This document shows, one piece after another, positions 1-10,000 of a DNA stretch of 64,000 nt. The first letter of the stretch is position 1. The number at the start of each line of letters is the position of its first letter. The translations under genes were made by a program, and so were the position numbers. This DNA is from a virus. The DNA lies in IMG/VR virus record IMGVR_UViG_3300035180_002574, positions 96,001-160,000 of that record, one strand, 5' to 3'. Below the pieces are notes generated by a model. That model ran no database searches and was not told the origin of the DNA. It was given only the letters and a program-made list of their open reading frames with translations.

Positions 1-270
1 AGCAACTCCGCTAGAAGACGCTGCCGACTTTCTAATAACTCCAAAATTCCTTGCCAACTTATCGAGATCGGAACCAACCACTAAACGCAATGATTGCTTG
101 TTTGATGAGTCAGACAACTGATCATATAATAAAGCTACCTGAGATGCAACTCCATCAATCATCAAATCTCTAGCTACAGTTCCAGGCTTAGTATCTAAAT
201 CTGGCTGATTTATTTTATAAAAGTCTAACAGACTATTAATAATTTCGTTTACGCTACGAATTGTTACCAT
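1..270 (-). CDS. Baseplate J-like wedge protein, N-terminal part (runs off the window)
   Basis: Manual translation from ATG at 270: MVTIRSVNEIINSLLDFYKINQPDLDTKPGTVARDLMID...VVGSDLDKLARNFGVIRKSAASSSGVA. The G-x-DLD-x-LA...G-x-x-R-x-x-A pattern is typical of baseplate J/Mu gp47 N-termini. AAGGA SD upstream; follows a gp25-like gene. Confidence 0.8.
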   Translation of the reverse strand, partial: MVTIRSVNEIINSLLDFYKINQPDLDTKPGTVARDLMIDGVASQVALLYDQLSDSSNKQSLRLVVGSDLDKLARNFGVIRKSAASSSGVA

Positions 271-285
271 GTTTTATCCTTAGAC

Positions 286-717
286 TTATATTGTAGATAC
301 CCTAAATGCTGTGGTAATTGGTTTAAGACCTTTTGTTAACGCTTTGATTTTTACATCTATAAACCTAGGGTCTATTTGATTCCTATTTACAGATATATCT
401 AAAATGGCGCTAATTTGTTCATCTGCGCTTACTCTTTGTAGAGATTTTACCTGTAATTCCTGTAGGGATTTAAGATTATCCAAAGCTGTATTTAATTGAG
501 ATTTAGAAATTTGAATAAGAACCGAAGTATTTTGAGGAGACCCGATAATAGTTCTAGACAAAAAAGAGCCATACCACGGAAACATGGGATTAGACCCAGC
601 TGTGGTTAAGCACATCTTCAAAATATCTTGAATTAACTTCTCGCTATCTTGAACTGTTCTTAGATCCCCGTCCTGAATAACTAAGTCTCTATTAATAATT
701 TTGAGATCAAAAGACAT
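286..717 (-). CDS. Baseplate wedge / sheath-initiator protein (gp25/GPW-like)
   Basis: 143 aa, DL...DGDL..V...EKLIQDI.K..LT..GSNP.FPWYGS pattern; sits directly before baseplate J. Confidence 0.7.
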   Translation of the reverse strand: MSFDLKIINRDLVIQDGDLRTVQDSEKLIQDILKMCLTTAGSNPMFPWYGSFLSRTIIGSPQNTSVLIQISKSQLNTALDNLKSLQELQVKSLQRVSADEQISAILDISVNRNQIDPRFIDVKIKALTKGLKPITTAFRVSTI

Positions 718-779
718 CCAACATTCTCCTACTCTTCTGGTATGTCGGATTATTAGATAAACCGGGGATTTATTGGGTA

Positions 780-2501
780 TTAAGAACCGGCTACTTGAAT
801 TTGATCTTGATATAATTTATCCATTAAATTATAGAAATTACAAACATGTTCCATAAAAGAATTTTGCGCTTGCTTGATTGATGCTGGATAGGTGGATGGA
901 GCTACTAATAACGCTAACTCATCTTTTGTAAATCCCAAAGCATTTTGCATTCTTTCTTGAGCATCCGCATCTAAAAACCCGAGTAGATCACCTTTAGGCA
1001 TAATATACAATGCTCCAGTTATGGCAATTACATCACATAAACCTAAACCACTATACTCTCCCATTATCATTTCAACAATTTGAAGAGATCTTGCCGCCTT
1101 TTCCATAGCTTTAGATCTTTGAGAGGTCAAATAATCTAAATTTTGCTGCGCTAAATCGCCTAGAGCAGTGTTATTATTAGCCCCGAATGTTCCATTAGGT
1201 TTGGTATTTTTCCCAGTATTTAGAACATTAGGACTTCCTTTAGCTTTATTTCCCTCATTAGAATATTTATTCAAAAGATTTTTAACAACAGCCCTCATTA
1301 TTTCGGCGTCTAGTTCTGTAACCAACTCACTATGATTTTGATAAAAATCTTTTGATATAAATACATCGTGAGATTTAGAGCCACCTTCAGGACCAATGGT
1401 ACTTGGAATTGGAACCCAGTAATACAGCCCCTGCACACTTTTAATAACATCCTGAGCTTCTACTAATTTTTCAATCATGACTCTACTTAAATTCAAAAAG
1501 TATGAAAATTGATTCTTTTCTGACATGGTTAAATTATTAGACATATCCATCGCTCTTTGCAACGTATCCTCATCTTTAATAGCATCTAAGGTGGTTGCCA
1601 AATTAACTACGAATTCTTGACTGGACCCCGCATCGGAAGCAAAACTACCTGCAGTAAACCTATTTCTAATTATTGTTTCTAACAATGGCGGATTTAGGAT
1701 TTTTTCATCGGATAACTTAGCGTAGGTCTCATCCGGCACAAAAGGCACAACTATCCTATTTTCTGCTGGAGAAATAGAAAAATCTATTATTGGATCAACC
1801 ATAAATGGTCTAATATAATGCGCCTGCTTTTTCAATATAGCTATGGTTTTATCTCCCGGACCATAACCATCTACATTCGTATAATTTTCCAACCTAATAC
1901 TGTCGTTAGTTCCAACAATAGATTCTAAAACAATATTATATTGTTGGTCTTTTAATTCAAAGTCAAATGCGTCCGCGTTTTGCATATGATCATTAAATTT
2001 CCTAACATTGGTTCCAGACAAAAGTGACAACACTCCGGCATCAATGCTGTTTTGTAAAGAAAATATCCTCATTAGTTCATTAGTATATTTCTCTCTAGCA
2101 AGCGATATCGTGCGGAATTTATCTCCAACATTATTAGCAATGTTAAGTTTCTGCGCATTATTTATAGTTTTCTTTTGCGTTCTGCCAGTAACATCATGTC
2201 CAGGATTATAATAAGAAGTTTGATCCTCCGCTACCACCGGGAATCCAAGTAAACGAAAAAATGCATGGCAACGACTTTCTTGTACTAATAGTTCTGGCTT
2301 AACCGCAGAGTTAATAGTTAAATACTTATCATTATCAAATTTCACTAATTGAGAGATGCTAGAAATATTGACCTTGCTTTTAATCTTATCTATAGATGAA
2401 ATAAAGGCTTGATAGATATCATCTATATTAAAATCATTTACGTCAAAATTTTGAGCATCCAAATAATTAGATTGATTTAGGATATTGTTTATATCAGTCA
2501 T
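780..2501 (-). CDS. Hypothetical virion (baseplate-region) protein
   Basis: 573-aa ORF coupled (TAATG overlap) to the upstream gene inside the baseplate operon; one DGYG motif. Confidence 0.5.
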   Translation of the reverse strand: MTDINNILNQSNYLDAQNFDVNDFNIDDIYQAFISSIDKIKSKVNISSISQLVKFDNDKYLTINSAVKPELLVQESRCHAFFRLLGFPVVAEDQTSYYNPGHDVTGRTQKKTINNAQKLNIANNVGDKFRTISLAREKYTNELMRIFSLQNSIDAGVLSLLSGTNVRKFNDHMQNADAFDFELKDQQYNIVLESIVGTNDSIRLENYTNVDGYGPGDKTIAILKKQAHYIRPFMVDPIIDFSISPAENRIVVPFVPDETYAKLSDEKILNPPLLETIIRNRFTAGSFASDAGSSQEFVVNLATTLDAIKDEDTLQRAMDMSNNLTMSEKNQFSYFLNLSRVMIEKLVEAQDVIKSVQGLYYWVPIPSTIGPEGGSKSHDVFISKDFYQNHSELVTELDAEIMRAVVKNLLNKYSNEGNKAKGSPNVLNTGKNTKPNGTFGANNNTALGDLAQQNLDYLTSQRSKAMEKAARSLQIVEMIMGEYSGLGLCDVIAITGALYIMPKGDLLGFLDADAQERMQNALGFTKDELALLVAPSTYPASIKQAQNSFMEHVCNFYNLMDKLYQDQIQVAGS

Positions 2502-4660
2502 TATTCAGAACCTCCTGCATCTGCAAGATCAGATGCATCTCGACGAGGTGCTTGACCATCTGATTCATCACCGATTGCTCTATTAACGACATTGATTCCG
2601 TCAAGAGTATAGATAAACTTATAATCGAACGTTTGCAATGTATGTGTTGGAGGAGTAGTAATATCTGTAGGTAAAGTATTGGTACAAAAAATGTTATTAT
2701 CAAAAGAAATCATCAACTGACCAGATCCAGCTTTATCGCTAGTTAGATCCGCCGTAAAAAATTGATATCCATCATAGGAAAACTTAGATAAGGTTCCAAA
2801 TGTTGGATATCCAACAATTCTATTAGCTAAATTGGCAGCAACGCTTGACGGTAAATTTCTAGTTAGGTTTATTTGGTTCCTATCTCTAATATCAACACTA
2901 ATTTTTATTGGCAAGCTGGTGAATTGTATGGAAGGGTTTCCAGAAAATGTGCTATTACATGCATCGAATCCGATACCAATTAGACTTAATAAAGAATTGC
3001 TGGCATCATCTTTCAATTTATTTAGACAAGCATTTATTGTGGCTTGAAATGTTGCCAAGCCTGATACAGTTAAATCATTTCTGATAGCGGTCATTGCAGT
3101 ATTTAAACACTCAAGGGCTTGAGTTGGATTTGGAAATGCATCAGAATTCATGAAATGCAAAAGCTCTTGTAATTTAAGAGCGGCATCGCCGGCAAACATT
3201 TGATTAATGAATGTTCTATTTAACGCCAAATCTGGATGACATCCTAAAGTAACTAGATTTTTATTGATCAATACCTCAATACTTGGTTTGAAAGTATATT
3301 CAACATCATTAACAAATGCATATCCATCCGTTGGGTGAAGAGTCGGGGAATTATCAACATATGTTGGGAAATGCAAGAAATTCTCAATGCGCGCTTGGGT
3401 TCCTATTTGCGTAATACCGTCTGCGGCAAATCCTAGTAATGGAGTAACTCCATCATCCTCAAAACCAAATCCGCCTACTAAGTTTAAAGAACCGTTAGGC
3501 ATACTAACCGCACTATTATCATAACCGCTATAATAGGCATTTGGAGCGTGTGTAACAATACAATTATTGAAACGAATCCATCTTGTAGGACCTAATCTGC
3601 CATTCCACTGTGAAGGATTATACAACACCCTGATATCTACCAAATACGGGGCTTGTTTGGTTGGCGTAGAAGAATTATATGCCGAATCAGTTGGGAAAAA
3701 CACAGGTTTTGGATATGTTGTAATATCATATCCGTCAACTATGTTAATAAATCTCTGGGCTATATTTTGTGATGTATCAAAAATTTGCCAGCTTTCGTTT
3801 CTTACCGTAATAGTAAAGAAAGAGCTAAAAGCAGGGCTTTGTTGTACGGCATTGTAATATTGTAATGTTCCAGTGACTCTAGTATACGGCTGCTTAACTA
3901 TCTCTGGGCATACATCTGAGGTACTACAACCGTCCACGTTAGATGGATCAGAGCTATCACATGGGGGAATAGGAAAATTTAGCTTTAAAATATCTCTGAT
4001 TGCCTCAATCAATATATTGAAAAAAGAAAAAATAACAAATAGATTTTGAAACATACATAACATTGCACCAAGCTTTTTAGCTATTGCTAGCACAGAATCT
4101 TGGTTTGCAATTTGTATAGCTTTATTGAGTGCCAAAATGTTTCTAAGCATAGCTTTAACTAAAATAGCAACCTGTTCGATTATATATTCAACTAAAGCTA
4201 TCAATAGCATAAGTATAGAAATAATCATGACTATTATCGCAAACACCGGAAATAAAGCCAAGAATTGAGGCAAACAATTTCTAAATAATCTAGTCATTGC
4301 CCTAACCATTTTAAATGGATTAGGAATAGAACATAACACTTCTATAATACAAATGATAAGATTTAATGCTGGTAAGAAAAACTTATATAGCATTAAAAAT
4401 GGCATAAATTGGTCTAGTAATTTCATAATGCCATCGAACACATCTTTTCCAAAATTTGGATTTAATGCTGGTTTTAAAGTGCCGGGAGGAATAATAAATT
4501 GTAATTTATTTAAGATATCCAGCAAGTCTTCTGGAAAACCATCTGGGAACGGGCTAATATTTGGAACATTTGGAGAATAAGGAACTCCAAAACCAGGAAT
4601 GGGAGGTCCACTTGGCACAGTAGTCGTATCAATTGTTACATCGTTTGGTGAACAGGGCAT
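2501..4660 (-). CDS. Baseplate-associated protein with a long hydrophobic helical region and a C-terminal invasin/Big_1-like Ig domain
   Basis: 719 aa. Residues about 75-230 are strongly hydrophobic (FLALFPVFAIIVMIISILMLLIALVEYII). The C-terminal NSTFSGNPSIQ...IKISVDIRDRNQ...FTADLTSDKAGSGQLMISFDN resembles bacterial Ig group-1 repeats. Confidence 0.5.
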   Translation of the reverse strand: MPCSPNDVTIDTTTVPSGPPIPGFGVPYSPNVPNISPFPDGFPEDLLDILNKLQFIIPPGTLKPALNPNFGKDVFDGIMKLLDQFMPFLMLYKFFLPALNLIICIIEVLCSIPNPFKMVRAMTRLFRNCLPQFLALFPVFAIIVMIISILMLLIALVEYIIEQVAILVKAMLRNILALNKAIQIANQDSVLAIAKKLGAMLCMFQNLFVIFSFFNILIEAIRDILKLNFPIPPCDSSDPSNVDGCSTSDVCPEIVKQPYTRVTGTLQYYNAVQQSPAFSSFFTITVRNESWQIFDTSQNIAQRFINIVDGYDITTYPKPVFFPTDSAYNSSTPTKQAPYLVDIRVLYNPSQWNGRLGPTRWIRFNNCIVTHAPNAYYSGYDNSAVSMPNGSLNLVGGFGFEDDGVTPLLGFAADGITQIGTQARIENFLHFPTYVDNSPTLHPTDGYAFVNDVEYTFKPSIEVLINKNLVTLGCHPDLALNRTFINQMFAGDAALKLQELLHFMNSDAFPNPTQALECLNTAMTAIRNDLTVSGLATFQATINACLNKLKDDASNSLLSLIGIGFDACNSTFSGNPSIQFTSLPIKISVDIRDRNQINLTRNLPSSVAANLANRIVGYPTFGTLSKFSYDGYQFFTADLTSDKAGSGQLMISFDNNIFCTNTLPTDITTPPTHTLQTFDYKFIYTLDGINVVNRAIGDESDGQAPRRDASDLADAGGSE

Positions 4661-4681
4661 TATACTCTTTTATATATCAAC

Positions 4682-5035
4682 TTATTTAGATTCTCCAGGT
4701 AATTTAGGCTCTCTAGGACCTACATTGCCCTCTACGGACAATGCTTCTTCTACATTTGCTACAACGACTCGTGTTAAATCTTCTATAAATTCATCTAGTT
4801 TTTCAACATCTACATTATTTATGTTATGGTATTTGATTACATTAGATGCAGCAACCCATAAATTTTTGTAAACATCCTCTTCCATTTCACTAGAACTATA
4901 TTCTTTTTCAACATCTTCTGGTCCGGCAGCTAGAGCCTCTGTTAATCCTCCAGCTAATTTCAATAGTCCCTGTTCATGCGCCTCTTCTGCCTGAAGAGTT
5001 AATCTTTCAAAAATAATATGATTAAACTTTTTCAC
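4682..5035 (-). CDS. Hypothetical protein with helical-hairpin head-protein motif
   Basis: 117 aa acidic helical protein; LTLQAEEAHEQGLLKLAGGL resembles the motif in the head-associated proteins. Confidence 0.45.
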   Translation of the reverse strand: MKKFNHIIFERLTLQAEEAHEQGLLKLAGGLTEALAAGPEDVEKEYSSSEMEEDVYKNLWVAASNVIKYHNINNVDVEKLDEFIEDLTRVVVANVEEALSVEGNVGPREPKLPGESK

Positions 5036-5044
5036 AATAACTCC

Positions 5045-7060
5045 TTATATAGATCCGCCTCGTACTTTATTCACAAGCCTGTCTTGCAAGATTAAGCTTT
5101 CTGCATTAACACTTATATTTCCATCCGCAGAAAAAGATATGTTTTTATTTGAATGAAACGCCATATTTCCTGGAGAAATGATAGATAAATTACCGCTATC
5201 ATCAACTCTTATAAGAGTGGCAAATCCGCCCTTATTTAATATGCGAATATCTAGCGAAGCTCCAATTTGCCCATTATTTAAGCTAGAAAATCTACTATCT
5301 GTAGAAACTCCAAATCCACCTATTTGCCAAATCACATTACCATCCATAGATACTACTGCACTGTTATTGTTACGATCTCTTCCTATATTCGCAACAATAC
5401 CTCCAGCCGTATCTAACCATAAAGACTGCCTATCTATAGTGTTGGCTCCAATATTAAGCTCTAAAGAGCCATCAAGATTAATTGATCCGCTCCTACCGCC
5501 AGCATTAGCATTATCTCCAGAAACGTTTATTTTATTACTTACGACATTTGTAAGAATTGGAATATCTGCTGTTTGAAGTGGAAAAACAGGGAAACCCCAT
5601 TCGTTTGGATATGCTAAACGGTCTAATGATTGATGAGCGTAGCATGTATTCAAAATATCATGATACACTGTACCATGCTTGATATGAACTCCAGTTATTC
5701 TATCGATAGGAGCGCCATTAGCCCCATCATTAGATAAGACAATAGAACCTCTTTCAGTATTTGTAGTTACACCATCATTGATTAAATTAATAGATGGTGC
5801 GGCAAAAGAATCGTGAAGAATATCTAAATTATCTTTTCTAAAAATTAATTTGTTTGGATTATTGTTATCCTCGTCTCCAGTTGTTGAATAATTTTCATAC
5901 CTGGTTAATAAAGAAATGTTTCCTCGTTCAGAGGATGCCGGAACATTAATTTTAAATTGACCCTCTTTATCAATATCAAAAAAGAACCTACTTCTATTTC
6001 TGGCGTAATCGGAGTTTGAATTAATATCTGGAAGAGTTAATTGATTAGTTGTTGAGCTTATCAAGTCTTTTCTAGCATTTATTTCAAAATGAAATGCTAT
6101 ACTTTTTCTTTCTAATTCCTTAATAGCTAAAAAGGCACTCTTTTTATTATCTCCCTTAAGAGTTATCGTATCTTTACCAACTGGTAATGGGACGCGATTG
6201 ATATCTAAAATGTTTCCAAAGATATCAACAACCGTTCCCTTTACCGTCTCCATTAAATGGTTTGGGTAGGCAAGAGTAAGGCTTAATGTATCTGCTCTGC
6301 TTAATCTTCTATTTGGAAATGTAAAGTTTGTTTTGGTTGTATTACTAGTTCCATAAAACAAAGATTCGGTGTAATCATCATTAACTGCGGAGTTATTATT
6401 GAACTCATAAACTAATTCTCTGTTTTCAACAAACGCCGGATTCTTGGCGGGACCCGAAACTAAAGAGTTTGTTTTTACTGTCGGGTCTAGTCCAATAATA
6501 TCAAATTTAGAATCATAAATATCGCTTGTTAATTTGGCGTTTTGACTAAAATTAGTATTGGGTTTTAGGTCTCTTTTAATCGGACCCGTTACAGATCGCG
6601 TGCCTTGAGTAAAATGATTGGAACTATCAAAATTGCTAGTAATTAAATTACTGGACGCATTAATGTGGATGAAACTATCATCATCGCCAATGATGATATC
6701 ACTAGATTTTGATAATGTAATTTTTGCATAATCACCAGCCGATATTTTAATCGTGTCAGTATCTACATCAGGAACTGCCGCTGTATTTTCTGCTAAGAAA
6801 GAAACGAAATAATTACTTCCACCATTACCCTGCCCAATAATAACTGTCGATCCCAACGTAGGAAGAGAGCCCATAAACAATCCATTATAAAATAATGGAT
6901 ATGGAATTGGTACGGGGACTGGCTTCGGGTTTTGTCCTTTGATGGCAAGATTGGTGGTCAGTTGAACCAACATTACCCCTCTGGATTTATCGTATCCAAC
7001 GATAGATCCTCTTTTTAATAAACCTACTTTCTCTTGAAAATCTTGTTTTTTATGTTGCAT
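5045..7060 (-). CDS. Baseplate central spike (gpV/gp5/VgrG-like)
   Basis: 671 aa. N-terminal OB-fold-like segment (GSIVGYD...VPVPIP...GSLPTLGSTVIIG) and C-terminal beta-repeat tip (IRVDDSGNLSIISPGNMAFHSNKNISFSADGNISVNAESLIL); follows the hub gene. Confidence 0.7.
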   Translation of the reverse strand: MQHKKQDFQEKVGLLKRGSIVGYDKSRGVMLVQLTTNLAIKGQNPKPVPVPIPYPLFYNGLFMGSLPTLGSTVIIGQGNGGSNYFVSFLAENTAAVPDVDTDTIKISAGDYAKITLSKSSDIIIGDDDSFIHINASSNLITSNFDSSNHFTQGTRSVTGPIKRDLKPNTNFSQNAKLTSDIYDSKFDIIGLDPTVKTNSLVSGPAKNPAFVENRELVYEFNNNSAVNDDYTESLFYGTSNTTKTNFTFPNRRLSRADTLSLTLAYPNHLMETVKGTVVDIFGNILDINRVPLPVGKDTITLKGDNKKSAFLAIKELERKSIAFHFEINARKDLISSTTNQLTLPDINSNSDYARNRSRFFFDIDKEGQFKINVPASSERGNISLLTRYENYSTTGDEDNNNPNKLIFRKDNLDILHDSFAAPSINLINDGVTTNTERGSIVLSNDGANGAPIDRITGVHIKHGTVYHDILNTCYAHQSLDRLAYPNEWGFPVFPLQTADIPILTNVVSNKINVSGDNANAGGRSGSINLDGSLELNIGANTIDRQSLWLDTAGGIVANIGRDRNNNSAVVSMDGNVIWQIGGFGVSTDSRFSSLNNGQIGASLDIRILNKGGFATLIRVDDSGNLSIISPGNMAFHSNKNISFSADGNISVNAESLILQDRLVNKVRGGSI

Positions 7061-10000
7061 TGGATGATCCAGAGGTGGAGGAATTGGTGTTTGTAGGAGT
7101 TATTCCAACGTTAGTAAACGTTACCCAGCAATCTATTATGTATTTGAACAAACTTATTCTTAATTTATCATGCTCAACCTTTACATTACCAGAACTTCCA
7201 GAATTATCTTTTCCAGATGTTGGAGTTATTGGATTTCCACCATCGCTGGTGTTTGTTGGTGGTGATGCGCCGCCACCACTTACGCTGACTGAATTTATTT
7301 GATTTCTAGAGTAATCTATAGCCTTCTGTGACGGAGACCTAAATTCATTCTCAGAACTCATATTAACGAATGTTATTTGAACATACCCATCGCCAAGCGG
7401 AGGGGGATTATTTGCCTGTTTTGGATTATTATTTCCAACAAAAACTCCCCTAACAATATTTGCAAAATTTTTCAAATCAGGATCTGGCTGCCCCACGATA
7501 TCATCATAATATAATCTTAATTCTAACTTAGCTAAATAATTATTTCCTCGCGTATTGTTGCCATTGATAACGTTAGCTACAGTAAATAAGATATTATTAA
7601 TTACAGTACTATTCTCTTCAGATAGCGGAGTAGGTGGAACGCTATCTTGTCCTCCAACTGCACTGCCTGATTTGTTTGGATTTTCTGGTCTTACTAAAAC
7701 TCCCATACTAATATCGTCGGTTACTCCAGATTGTCTCTGTACTGTAAATGATGCAATGTCTTTGTTTTTATAAATTAGCTTACCAAATATGTCCAGAGTA
7801 GTAGGAATATATTCTCCTGGTGTATGACCATATGAAAGATCTAATTGAGTAGTAAAAGATCCCCCAGTTGCGGCATACGAAAAAGTATGAGTAACTTTAG
7901 TTACATAGAAAAGCATTCCTCTATCTTCGATGAAAACTACTTCTCCTGGCTGCATATATTCATTGCCAGAAATGGTAACGGTGCCTCTAAAAATGTTTTT
8001 TCTTGCCATGCTTAGTAACATAGTTGCAAACGGAGCGCACTGACTTACAGGATCTTTTAAGAAAGGAACGGTTATTGGAGCTGGGTGTTTTAAGCCATAA
8101 TTCCTCCACATATCGTAGTCTATGGCAACCGCAGAGGTCATGCCATTTCCAAAATTTGGAACATCTAGACCTTGAACATTATTGTCTGATTGTGAAGCAA
8201 AATCATTAATGTATCCATGAACTTCTACCATGCTATAATCTGGTGGGTTTTCCCAAATACTAATATCTCTTATCTGGCTTCTCTTAATAATATATCTACT
8301 GCCAGATCCCAGACCATAATCATCGTACCCTTCATCTTCAATCATATGTTCAAACACTTCCGGTATGTTTTTATTTCCAAACAAACCAGGAGCCATCAAT
8401 CTGTTAGCGACCTTTCCATTATCTTCATCTAGCGATTTGAATTCGTTTGCGTTTTTTAATGAAGAGTAAAGTAATTTTAATACTTTTTGTCTTTCTTTTA
8501 TCTTATCGGCAAGATCAGATGTTACCTTAAAATAATCTATTTTAGTATAGTTGGGCAATTCGGCGCCGGGCGCTGATTTTCCATTATTATATTCAAAATA
8601 TGTTCTTGGAATTCTTTGCCCAGATTTTGTTTGAATTCTAGATATTAAATCATCCACATATGAATTTGACTCAAAAGATTTAGTAGCTCCCAAAGAGCCA
8701 CCAACAGTAGATGTGTCCTTTAAAAACTTAACTAAACTATTATACCTATCCCCATTGGTATAAACAGCTTTTGTAGAAGATACTTGCTGTTTAAGTGCGT
8801 TAAAAGATTGATCTCTTTTACTGTCTTGCGTGTCTGGATTTGCCGATTTTAATAAGCTAGCTACATCTGATACAGATCCAGTATTTGCATCAGATAAGAA
8901 TAAGAAGGCGCTATCAGAGGTATTAGAAGAGGCTCCCGATCCGCTAATAAAACCTATGGCAGATTTATCGTCATTGAATCCTAATACAGCACAATCTAAC
9001 CTAATACCATCTTCTAGGATCTCTACTCTTTCTCTTAATGTTTTCAGTTGTCCATTAAATAAATCACTTAAGAATTCTGGAAATACTTGAATTCCCAAAG
9101 TTTGCTTCAAATACATCATACGATAAAACACAGAGCTTGGCATCCTATTATATTGTGGAGGACGTACCCTAATATGACCCTGCGTGTCTGCGAATACTTC
9201 AAGATTTAATAAATGAGCAACTTGCTGAATTCTTTGTTTTGTTGATGTAAACTCTTGGTTATAAAGGGCTGTTCCCCCAGCTATAGCTTTATCAAAAGCT
9301 AAAATATCATAATCTTTATCATAAAAATCATCAACAATAAATAAATTCTTGTCACTGTTAGCACGAACATCGTATGACATTCTTCTAGTTAATTGGTTTA
9401 TTTGACGTCTTAGATTCCTTCTAAACTCTGGGTCTGCCGATTGTTTAGATGCAGCGCTAGAATCTACAAATTGATTGAAATCAAATGAGGTATCATTACC
9501 AATATAACTTACATAATTGACATTTTTAGACTTGTTAATCACATCTTCAATTTGATTTTGTACGTCTTTAAGTAAAACGTCTTTTTGTGCCTTAATATCT
9601 GCCATAGTATCTGCAATGTTGACGCTAGGATCTAGAATATTAAGAACACCAAAAGTTTCTGCTTGAGAATTAAGATCTGATAATAATTTAAGATTTTCTT
9701 CAATCTTCTTATTAGCGGTAGTTATTTGATAGGTGTTATTTAATGCTTGAACATATGCTTGTTCATTTATTGACAAAGTCTTGAATGGAATAAAATTACC
9801 CCATAACATGTTGGATTTAGTTAGATCTTGTCTTAATGAAGTAATGAATGAGTGCGCCGGATTTTGTAATGTTTGCGGATCATTAGAGAAACCATGCAAC
9901 TCAACGGCAGCTTTCCAATAAGTAGCGAAGTTATAAGGCTGACCAGTTATCAATAAAGATAGAGTATTCATAATGTCTTGACCAGCAAGTGGCTCAATAT

